Below the pieces are notes generated by a model. It was not told the origin of the DNA and did no database searches. It was given only the letters and a program-made list of their open reading frames with translations. Made by a program: the position numbers and the translations under genes. From Candidatus Gemmiger excrementigallinarum (GTDB lineage Bacteria; Bacillota; Clostridia; Oscillospirales; Ruminococcaceae), in assembly GCA_019116445.1 (NCBI GenBank), contig DXBP01000035.1, positions 5,449 to 69,448 of the forward strand: a stretch of 64,000 nucleotides of DNA, written 5' to 3'. Position 1 is the first letter of the stretch, and each line of letters opens with the position of its first letter. Of the stretch, positions 8,171 to 18,007 are shown piece after piece.

Positions 8171-10441
8171 TCAGGATTGTACGGCCTGGCGCAGGGTTTC
8201 CAGCAGGTCGGGCAGGGCAGCGGCTGCCTGAGGGCCGCCGAAGTTCACAATACCGCGCAGCGGCATGGCGTCCAGCATCTGGGCCATGGCATCGGGGGGC
8301 ATCAGGCCGTCCCCGCCGCCGTTGGCCATGGCTTCACTGTTCCGGGCCATCATCTGCCGCACCGGCTCAGCGGTGCGGGGGTCGGCCAGCAGCAGCCCCA
8401 GGGGCGTGTTTTCATCCACCGTCAGGGGCAGCGCGCGGTCGGTCTGGTACTGCAGCGGTACGGTGGTGCGGATGTCCCGGCTGGAATGACCCAGCCGCAG
8501 CTCATACCGGCCCGGCGCGGCGTACCAGTCGTGGAGTTCGGCACTGTACCGGCTCAGGTCCCGGGCTGTCAGCGTAAAGCTGACTTCGCATTCCTGCCCC
8601 GGCTCCAGGAATACTTTCTGGAATCCGCGCAGCGACTGCGGCACCCGGCCGCCCGCCACCGGCGTACCGGTGGCATCGCTCACATACAGCTGCACCACCT
8701 CGGCACCGGCCACGGCACCGCTGTTGCGCACCTTCACCCGCAGCGTCACGCTGCCGCCGTCGGTCAGCGTGTCCTGGTCCAGGGCGGCTTCCCGGTAGAC
8801 AAAACCGGTGTAGCTCAGCCCGTGGCCGAAGGGCCAGCGCACCGGCATCCGGCGGGCATCGTACCAGCGGTAGCCTACATAGACGCCCTCCCGGTAGTCG
8901 GCGGTCAGGCCGTCGCCGGGATAATCCAGATAGCAGGGGGTATCTTCCAGCCGCAGGGGCCAGGTTTCGGGCAGGCGGCCCGAGGGATTGGCTTCACCCC
9001 ACAGCAGGGCGTCGGTGGCTTCCCCGATGCCTTCGCCGGCCAGGTACATACACAGTACAGCGGATACATCCCCCGCCCAGGGGCACTCCACCGGGGCGCC
9101 GGTGTGCAGCACCACCACGGTGTTCTTCTGCACGGCGGCCACCCGGGCGATCAGATTGTTCTGGCAGTCCGGCAGCCGCATGTGGCGGCGGTCGGCGCCT
9201 TCGCTCTCAAAAATTTCCGGCAGACCCGCAAAGATGACGGCTACATCGGCTTCCTCGGCGGCGTTGACCGCCCGCAGGAATTCATCCTCGTCCCGCTGGT
9301 CGCGGTCGGCGGGGAAGCCCTCCACATAGGAAACCATCCGCCCCTTTGCCCGGGCGGCGATCAGGGCGCCCATGGCGGCCTGGGTGTTCACGTGGCTGGA
9401 ACCGCCGCCCTGGTAGCGCGGGACCTCGGCAAAGGCGCCGATATAGGCCACCCGCTGGCCTTCGTGCAGCGGCAGGGCACCCAGGTTCTGGACCAGCACG
9501 CCGCTCTCTTTGGCCAGTTCCACCGCCAGCGCGTGGTCGGCGGCTTTGTCGAACACGGCCGGGGTCTTGGCCAGGTCGGCAGCCCGCAGCACGATGTTCA
9601 GGATCCGGGTCGCAGCCTTGTCCAGCACCGCTTCGTCCAGCGCGCCGCTGCGCACGGCTTCCACAAGTTTGGCATCGTTCACGCCGCCGGAACCCGGCAT
9701 CTCCAGGTCCAGCCCGGCAGCCACGCCCCGCACCCGGTCATTCACGGCGCCCCAGTCCGACATGGTAAAGCCGGTGAAGCCCCACTGCTCGCGCAGAATG
9801 TCGTTCAGCAGCAGCCGGTTCTCACTGGCATAGGTGCCGTTTACCCGGTTGTAGCTGCACATCAGCGTCCAGGGCTGACCGTCCCGCACCGCCGCTTCAA
9901 AGGCGGGCAGATACATTTCATGCAGCGTGCGCTCGTCCATCCGGCTGTCGGCCGTCATGCGGCGGGTCTCCTGGCTGTTGGCGGCAAAATGCTTGGGGCA
10001 GGCCCCCACGCCTTCGCTCTGCACGCCCTGGATGAACCCGGCGGCCAGTTCCCCGGCCAGGAAGGGGTCCTCGCTGTAATACTCGAAGTTACGGCCGCAC
10101 AGCGGGCTGCGCTTGATGTTGATGGCCGGTCCCAGGACTACCCCGACGCCCACGGCCCGGGCTTCCCGGCCCAGCGCCGCGCCCATGCGGCGGGTCAGGG
10201 TGGGGTCAAAGCTGGCGGCTGCCGCACATCCGGCGGGGTAGCACACCGCTTCGATGCTGTCGTTGGGGCTGTCGCTGCCGGGCTTCTGGGTGCGCAGGCC
10301 GTGGGGCCCGTCGGATACCATCATCGCCGGGATGCCCAGCCGCTCCACCGCTTTGGTGTGCCAGAAATCTTCGCCCGAACACAGACCGGCCTTTTCCTCC
10401 AGCGTCAGGGAACGGACCAGTTCTTCTACCGTAGAGGTCAT
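8171..10441 (-). CDS. GH3 beta-glucosidase/beta-xylosidase, cytoplasmic, with Fn3-like domain
   Basis: SDGPHGLR, GRNFEYYSEDP, KHFAAN, MSDWGA (nucleophile) and PFGHGLSYT motifs; no signal peptide. Confidence 0.95.
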   Translation of the reverse strand: MTSTVEELVRSLTLEEKAGLCSGEDFWHTKAVERLGIPAMMVSDGPHGLRTQKPGSDSPNDSIEAVCYPAGCAAAASFDPTLTRRMGAALGREARAVGVGVVLGPAINIKRSPLCGRNFEYYSEDPFLAGELAAGFIQGVQSEGVGACPKHFAANSQETRRMTADSRMDERTLHEMYLPAFEAAVRDGQPWTLMCSYNRVNGTYASENRLLLNDILREQWGFTGFTMSDWGAVNDRVRGVAAGLDLEMPGSGGVNDAKLVEAVRSGALDEAVLDKAATRILNIVLRAADLAKTPAVFDKAADHALAVELAKESGVLVQNLGALPLHEGQRVAYIGAFAEVPRYQGGGSSHVNTQAAMGALIAARAKGRMVSYVEGFPADRDQRDEDEFLRAVNAAEEADVAVIFAGLPEIFESEGADRRHMRLPDCQNNLIARVAAVQKNTVVVLHTGAPVECPWAGDVSAVLCMYLAGEGIGEATDALLWGEANPSGRLPETWPLRLEDTPCYLDYPGDGLTADYREGVYVGYRWYDARRMPVRWPFGHGLSYTGFVYREAALDQDTLTDGGSVTLRVKVRNSGAVAGAEVVQLYVSDATGTPVAGGRVPQSLRGFQKVFLEPGQECEVSFTLTARDLSRYSAELHDWYAAPGRYELRLGHSSRDIRTTVPLQYQTDRALPLTVDENTPLGLLLADPRTAEPVRQMMARNSEAMANGGGDGLMPPDAMAQMLDAMPLRGIVNFGGPQAAAALPDLLETLRQAVQS

Positions 10442-10601
10442 GATCGTTGGCTCCTTTTTGACATTTTTAGTGCTTTTGGTACATTATATCACGGAGCTTG
10501 TGCTAAAATAAAGAAAATTGTGTAAATTTACCAGCGATTTTGTTACAAGTCGGATACAAAGCCGGTGTAGGATACACAGGAGAAAGAAAAGGAGTCGGAG
10601 T

Positions 10602-11258
10602 ATGACGCACGTTTTGATCGTGGAGGACGAACACCTCATCGCGCGGCTCATCGAGATGAGTCTGACGCGGGCGGGGTATGACTGCACGGTGGCGGGGGAC
10701 GGCCGCACCGCCGCCGACCTGATCGAGGAAAACGACTATGACCTGGCGCTGCTGGACATCATGCTGCCGGGGCTGGATGGCTACGAACTGCTGGACTATC
10801 TGCGGCCCCAGGGGGTACCGGTGATCTTTATTACGGCCAAGGGCACCGTCAAGGAGCGGGTGGAAGGCCTGCGCCGGGGGGCTGACGACTATATCGTGAA
10901 GCCCTTTGTGGTGGAGGAACTGCTGGCCCGGGTGGAATCGGTGCTACGGCGGGCCGGGCGCGGCAACGTCATGCAGGCCTTTGACGTAGTGCTGGATGTA
11001 GGGGAACATACGGTGACCCAGAACGGCCAGCCGGTGGACCTGACGCCCAACGAATTTGAACTGCTGGAGCAGCTCATGCGCAACCGGGGTGCCGCGCTGT
11101 ACCGGGATACCCTGTATGAGCGGGTCTGGGGCGGCGACCGGGCCGAAACCGACACCCGCACGCTGGATCTGCACATCATGCGGCTGCGGCGCAAGCTGCA
11201 CTGGTATGACCATATCGAAACCGTTTACCGCATCGGCTACCGCTTAAAGAAGGAGTAA
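10602..11258 (+). CDS. OmpR family response regulator
   Basis: LIVEDE, LLDIMLP and DDYIVKPF motifs plus winged-helix RTLDLHIMRLRRKL...GYRL. Confidence 0.95.
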   Translation: MTHVLIVEDEHLIARLIEMSLTRAGYDCTVAGDGRTAADLIEENDYDLALLDIMLPGLDGYELLDYLRPQGVPVIFITAKGTVKERVEGLRRGADDYIVKPFVVEELLARVESVLRRAGRGNVMQAFDVVLDVGEHTVTQNGQPVDLTPNEFELLEQLMRNRGAALYRDTLYERVWGGDRAETDTRTLDLHIMRLRRKLHWYDHIETVYRIGYRLKKE

Positions 11259-11262
11259 CCCC

Positions 11263-12609
11263 ATGCGCTACGCACAAAAACTGATCTGCTTGCTGCTGCT
11301 GGTCCTCAGCGCGTCTTTCGGCGTGGGGGGCTGCTATCTGCTGTACAGTGACTTCGGCGTTCAGCTGACCCGCACCGGCGAAGCCAACGCTGCCGCCCAT
11401 GCCCAGACCTGCACGCTGCTGCAGACCGAGATCATCGACCTGCAGCGCCGGGGGGACGATACCGGCGACGATACGGTGGTATCCCTTTTGCAGGCTCGGG
11501 AGGGCGCCACGGCGCTGTGGCGGGGGGATACCCTGCTGTGTGATACTCTGGGCGTGCCCTGCGCAGCCCCGCTGGAAAACGGCACCATGCGCACGGTGCG
11601 CAGCGGCGATACCGTCACCGCCCTGTATGGCAGCGACCTGCAGGGAAATCTGCACCTGGTCAGTGCCTTTGATCTGACGGGTCTGTACCGGGATCGGGAT
11701 GCCAGCCTGCGGCGGTTCCTGGGGCTGGAAGTGGTGGTACTGGCGGCGGGCGCAGCGGTGATGGCGGTGCTGGCCCGGCAGGTCACCCGCCCGCTGCGGG
11801 TGCTCACGGCCACCAGTGCCGAGATCGCGGAAGGGGAGTACAGCCGCCGCACGGCGCTGCACACCGGCGACGAGATCGAGCAGGTCAGCCGCAGCTTTGA
11901 TAAAATGGCCGATGCCGTGCAGGAAAAAATAGCCGACCTGGAAGCCGACGTGCAGAAGCGGGAAGATTTTATGGGGGCGTTCACCCACGAACTCAAGACC
12001 CCCATGACCAGCATCATCGGGTATGCCGATGTGCTGCGCAATCTGCAGACCGACCCCGACGAACAGCGGGAGGCGGCGTCCGCCATCTATCATGAGGGGC
12101 GGCGGCTGGAATCCCTGAGCCAGAAACTGCTGGCGCTGCTGGCTCTGGGCGGCGAGGAACTGGAACTCACCGACGTGGACCTGGGCACTTTGTGGCCCCA
12201 GCTGCGGGCTGCCTGCCCGGCGGTCCCGCTGCAGACTCCCGCGGAATCCTGTGTGGTGCACGGGGATGCCGACCTGCTGCTGGATTTGCTGTGCAACCTG
12301 GTGCAGAACGCCGCCAAGGCCAGCGCCCCCGATGAACCGGTCACCGTGCGCTGCCGGGACAACGGTGCCACGGTGACGGTGGAAGTGGAAGACCACGGCT
12401 GCGGCATCCCCCGGGCGGAGCTGGACCGGGTGACCGAGCCGTTTTACATGGTGGATAAATCCCGCGCCCGCAAGCAGGGCGGCAGCGGGCTGGGGCTGGC
12501 GCTGTGCAAGCGTATTGCGGCGGCCCACGGCAGCGACCTGACCATCGTGAGTGAGCCGGGTCAGGGCACCACGGTGCAGGTGATTTTGCAGAAAGGGGGC
12601 GCCCTATGA
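11263..12609 (+). CDS. Sensor histidine kinase (2 TM, HAMP, HisKA, HATPase)
   Basis: THELKTP H-box, NLVQNA N-box, DHGCG and GGSGLGL G-boxes. Confidence 0.95.
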   Translation: MRYAQKLICLLLLVLSASFGVGGCYLLYSDFGVQLTRTGEANAAAHAQTCTLLQTEIIDLQRRGDDTGDDTVVSLLQAREGATALWRGDTLLCDTLGVPCAAPLENGTMRTVRSGDTVTALYGSDLQGNLHLVSAFDLTGLYRDRDASLRRFLGLEVVVLAAGAAVMAVLARQVTRPLRVLTATSAEIAEGEYSRRTALHTGDEIEQVSRSFDKMADAVQEKIADLEADVQKREDFMGAFTHELKTPMTSIIGYADVLRNLQTDPDEQREAASAIYHEGRRLESLSQKLLALLALGGEELELTDVDLGTLWPQLRAACPAVPLQTPAESCVVHGDADLLLDLLCNLVQNAAKASAPDEPVTVRCRDNGATVTVEVEDHGCGIPRAELDRVTEPFYMVDKSRARKQGGSGLGLALCKRIAAAHGSDLTIVSEPGQGTTVQVILQKGGAL

Positions 12610-13484
12610 GCCTTTGGCAGCATCCCCGTATCATGACGGGGCTTTGCGCGGCGGCGGTGCTGGTCTGTGCGGCCGCCCCGGCGGTATTCCTCACCGCGGT
12701 GGACACCGCGGTGCTGGGCCGCAGCGAAACGGTGCAGGATGCCTACACCGCGCCGACCCCCAAGGGGGAGGACTATTACATTCTGCGCCAGCTGACGGCA
12801 CGGCAGCAGCAGAGCGCGACGGCCTATTCGCCGCCCACCGAGGAGGAAGAAACGCCCTCGGCCCTGAAAATGTACATCGGGGCGCAGAACAGCCTGGAAA
12901 ACATGGTCAACGGGTACGAATACCGCGATACGGCGGATGCGGCCCTGCAAAGCCTGGTGGACTGCGGGGCGCTTTCGCCGGAATGGGCCGCCTGGGCCGC
13001 GGACTGGGAAAACGGCACCTATTATGAAAACTATGACGGGCAGACCTACGACCTGGGCGTGCCGTACTACACCACCGACAGCCTGGGATTTGTCACCCTC
13101 AAGCGGTTTGCGATGGAACAGGAAGCGCTGTATACGGCCTTCAGCCTGACGATGGACAGCCGTACCGGCGTGGTGACTCAGGTGTGGATATCGGCCCCGC
13201 GGGGGAACGATGCTGCCCCTGCGACCCCTGACGAGGCAGGACTGCGGGCTTTTGCCGACCAGGCCGGGCTGGAAAATCTAGGCGACTGGGCAAGGCCGGA
13301 AAATTCCCCCTATCCCAACGCCCTGTACAGCCTCAACGGGGAAGCGCTGATCACCGCTTCGGTCAATGCCTATGAATACAGCAGCTGGACCGACGCCATG
13401 GGGACCATTACCAGTCCCCACTGGTTCCTGAGCCTGAGCCTGCAGCCCTGCGCCGAGGAAGAACTGCCCGTGCTGGTACCCTGA
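12606..13484 (+). CDS. Membrane-anchored extracytoplasmic hypothetical protein, possible kinase accessory
   Basis: ATGA overlap with the kinase stop, N-terminal TM helix, PepSY-like MDSRTG motif. Confidence 0.75.
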   Translation: MSLWQHPRIMTGLCAAAVLVCAAAPAVFLTAVDTAVLGRSETVQDAYTAPTPKGEDYYILRQLTARQQQSATAYSPPTEEEETPSALKMYIGAQNSLENMVNGYEYRDTADAALQSLVDCGALSPEWAAWAADWENGTYYENYDGQTYDLGVPYYTTDSLGFVTLKRFAMEQEALYTAFSLTMDSRTGVVTQVWISAPRGNDAAPATPDEAGLRAFADQAGLENLGDWARPENSPYPNALYSLNGEALITASVNAYEYSSWTDAMGTITSPHWFLSLSLQPCAEEELPVLVP

Positions 13485-13516
13485 CCCTGTGAATCTGTCA
13501 ACAAAGGAGAATTGTG

Positions 13517-14980
13517 ATGAAACGTTTTGTTCCCCTGGGCCTGGCGCTGACGCTGGCCCTTTCCCTGGCGGGATGCGGCGGCCCCAAGGTGGTCACCGTC
13601 ACCCCCGAAGAAGCCGCCACCCCGGCCCCGCAGGAGGAAACCGAACAGCAGCCCACCGCCGCCCCGGCGGGGGACTTCTACACCCTCAGTTCCAACTATC
13701 TCACCGGCTCCGGTTTCAACACGGGGGATGCCTGGTACTCTCTGGAAAATCATCTGGGGTACTGCCTGGTCACCAAGACCGACTATGCCGCCGCCACCCG
13801 GCGGGTATTGTGCAGCGTGGCGGGCTGTGCCCATGATTCGGAATCCTGCCCGGCCTGGCTGCCGGGGCGGGGGAATGAGGTAAGACTCTTCACGGCGGGG
13901 GACACGGTCTATGTCTACCACCCGGTGGCCACCATGCACTACGAAGGCAGCTGGGATGACTACTACGCCGAGGTGGTGGAACCCAAACTGAAAGAGCGTC
14001 CCCAGGGGTGGGAGGACCTGACCAATGAGGAACTGGTGACCTTCTGCCGCGGCCGGTATGAGGAATGTTCCGCCCCGGCGGGCCTCTATTGCATCGAGGG
14101 GGACGGTGCCTCCCGGCAGGATATTCAGACGTCCCAGGACCTGCGCAACGTGATGGTGGGCTGGTGCGACGGCACGGCGCTCTACGGCTATGGCTCTTCG
14201 GACTCTGCAGTGGGAAACTCAATAGGGTACCGAATCTCCCTGGCGGATGGGGCGGTCACCACCTTCTCCATGATGCCTCAGGAAAATATTGTCGGTGCGC
14301 AAGGGGACCGGCTGCTGACCTTCCATATCGTCACCGAGGTGCCGCTGCCCGACTACAACACCGAAGGGTGGGACGCCTACCAGGCGGTGCTGCAGAACGC
14401 CACGGTGGAATATGACTGGCTGGACCCGGCCACCGGGGCGCGCAGCAAGGTGCTGGAACGTCCCCACGACAATTCCACCTATGGCAATGCAGATTTCTTC
14501 GGCCTGCTGGACGGCAAGCTCTATTTTGAGGATTGGACGCCGTCGGAGAATGGTGACTCCCGGCGTGACGCCTTCTGTGCCTACGACACCGCCACCGGCC
14601 AGTGGCAGGACCTGCTGCGGCCCATTCCGAACGAGAGTATGCAGCTGGCCAATGTGACGGTGGCGGCATTGCCCGGCAGTGCTGAACAGCAGGGACGGTA
14701 TCTCTGGCTCAGCGGCTCCGACAATGGCAACGGCGAAAACCTGGGCTGGATGCTGGATACCCAAAGCGGAAAACTTATCCAGGTAACGCAGAGGACGGGG
14801 GGCGAGGACGTTTCCGGCTGGCTCGCGGGGGTCGTCGCCTTCACTGACGACGGACGTTTTCTGGTCCGGACAGCACAGCAGGAGGGCGAATACGGCCCGG
14901 TGTACGTCTACGGCCTCATCGACGCCGAAGCCTTTTTGCAGGGCAGCACCGAGTATACGCCTATCACCACAGGGGAATGA
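13517..14980 (+). CDS. Uncharacterised lipoprotein with C-x4-C-x-H-x4-C motif (paralogue 1)
   Basis: Lipobox LAGC, AAGGAG RBS, LCSVAGCAHDSESCPAW motif. Confidence 0.85.
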   Translation: MKRFVPLGLALTLALSLAGCGGPKVVTVTPEEAATPAPQEETEQQPTAAPAGDFYTLSSNYLTGSGFNTGDAWYSLENHLGYCLVTKTDYAAATRRVLCSVAGCAHDSESCPAWLPGRGNEVRLFTAGDTVYVYHPVATMHYEGSWDDYYAEVVEPKLKERPQGWEDLTNEELVTFCRGRYEECSAPAGLYCIEGDGASRQDIQTSQDLRNVMVGWCDGTALYGYGSSDSAVGNSIGYRISLADGAVTTFSMMPQENIVGAQGDRLLTFHIVTEVPLPDYNTEGWDAYQAVLQNATVEYDWLDPATGARSKVLERPHDNSTYGNADFFGLLDGKLYFEDWTPSENGDSRRDAFCAYDTATGQWQDLLRPIPNESMQLANVTVAALPGSAEQQGRYLWLSGSDNGNGENLGWMLDTQSGKLIQVTQRTGGEDVSGWLAGVVAFTDDGRFLVRTAQQEGEYGPVYVYGLIDAEAFLQGSTEYTPITTGE

Positions 14981-15016
14981 TGCGGTAGCAAACCGTGCCG
15001 AAAGGAGGTTGACGGA

Positions 15017-16453
15017 ATGAAACCGATACGCACGTTGGTGTGGGCGATGGTACTGGCGTTGTCGCTGACTGCCTGCGGCGGGCAGACCCCGGCGGAGAGC
15101 GATTCCTTGCCGGAATCCCAAACCCCGGAGGCCGCCCCGGCCCAAACCACAGAGGCACCGCTCCCGGCGGTGGCGGGAGATTTCTATGCCGTAAGGTCGG
15201 ACTGGGGGTACAACACCCTTTTCAACGCGGGGGATGTTCTGTATGAACTGCGGCCCCAAACCGGGTATTGCCTGCTATACAAAATCGACTGCGCCGCCGC
15301 CACCCGGCAGGTGCTGTGCAGCGTACCGGGCTGCCCCCATGATTCCGAATCCTGCCCGGCCTGGCTGCCGGGAGAAATCTGGGATTGCATAACTTTTGCC
15401 ACAGAGGATACGGTCTATGTTTACAAATACCGCACGGACTGGGAAAATATGGACTGGGATACCTATTACCAGAACAATGTGGAACCCTACCTGAACGATG
15501 AAACCATGCGGCAGGGGATGACGCAGGAAGAATTTGAAACCTTTCACCGCAACCGGTATACGCAACGGACACAGCCCGCCTGCCTGTATGCGGTGGAGCG
15601 GGACGGCTCGGCGCAAAAGCGCATCGACCTTTCGGAAAATCTGGAAGGAACAGTAACCCTGGGCTGGTGCGACGGGACCGCGCTGTACGGCAGCATGCAC
15701 ACCATAAGTTCCGATCCATCCCTGGGGTACCGTGTGGACCTTGCCACCGGGCAGGTGACGAACTTTGCCCTGCAGCCCGGGGAGTCGGTGCTGGCAGCCT
15801 GGGGCAAGCGCCTGGTGACGGGGCGTTTTGTGACCCAGATACCGCTGCCCGATGCCGAAACGGATGGGGAAGCCTACCAGGCGGCCTTGCAGAACAGCAC
15901 CGTGGAATGTGACTGGTTGGACCCCGCCACCGGCCAACGGGAAAAGCTGCTGGAACTGCCGGGCAAACTGTTTACCGAGAACAGTGATTTCTGCGGCATG
16001 GCAGGCGGTCAGCTCTATTTTGAGGAGCGGGAAAACCAGCCGGGGGGCGGCAACGTCCGTGTGGCGCTGCGGTCTTTCGACCTGGAGACCGGGCAATGGC
16101 AGGATGTGCCGGAGGATGGCGCGTGGCTGAAGGACCCCACGGTGGTGGGCCTGCCCCATATTGCGGCGCAGGAGGGGCGTTATCTCTGGTTCAGCGACGG
16201 CGATGGAAACGGCAATGTGCGGATGCAGATTCTGGACCGCACCACCGGGATTTTGCAGGAGACCGCCTTGACGCCACGGCAGGCAGTGGGCCAGGAGGAC
16301 CTGGGACGCCTGCCCCTGACCGATGACGGGCGGTTCCTGCTGTGCCCGGACGGAATGGGCGGAAAGTATGACTTTGATTACGTCCTTATAGATGCCGAAG
16401 CTTTGTTGCAAGGCAGCACCGACTGGACACCGGTAACGACGCTGGAGCGTTGA
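15017..16453 (+). CDS. Uncharacterised lipoprotein with C-x4-C-x-H-x4-C motif (paralogue 2)
   Basis: Lipobox LTAC, AGGAGG RBS, LCSVPGCPHDSESCPAW motif; colinear similarity to 13517-14980. Confidence 0.85.
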   Translation: MKPIRTLVWAMVLALSLTACGGQTPAESDSLPESQTPEAAPAQTTEAPLPAVAGDFYAVRSDWGYNTLFNAGDVLYELRPQTGYCLLYKIDCAAATRQVLCSVPGCPHDSESCPAWLPGEIWDCITFATEDTVYVYKYRTDWENMDWDTYYQNNVEPYLNDETMRQGMTQEEFETFHRNRYTQRTQPACLYAVERDGSAQKRIDLSENLEGTVTLGWCDGTALYGSMHTISSDPSLGYRVDLATGQVTNFALQPGESVLAAWGKRLVTGRFVTQIPLPDAETDGEAYQAALQNSTVECDWLDPATGQREKLLELPGKLFTENSDFCGMAGGQLYFEERENQPGGGNVRVALRSFDLETGQWQDVPEDGAWLKDPTVVGLPHIAAQEGRYLWFSDGDGNGNVRMQILDRTTGILQETALTPRQAVGQEDLGRLPLTDDGRFLLCPDGMGGKYDFDYVLIDAEALLQGSTDWTPVTTLER

Positions 16454-16496
16454 AATGTAAAAAAATGTTTTTGATGCGGGGACAACTGCCACTTGA

Positions 16497-17948
<1,452 letters not shown>

Positions 17949-17971
17949 TCCCGTACATTCCCATACAAACC

Positions 17972-18007
17972 AACAGGCACCCGCCGCAAGGCGGGTGCCT
18001 GTTTTTT
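17972..18007 (+). terminator. Intrinsic terminator of gdhA
   Basis: AACAGGCACCCGCC-GCAA-GGCGGGTGCCTGTT followed by a T-tract. Confidence 0.9.

Noticed and set aside
13517-16453. Diversity-generating retroelement or shufflon acting on the paired lipoproteins
   Set aside because: No reverse transcriptase or recombinase is present, differences are not adenine-specific, and identity is limited to short conserved-motif blocks.
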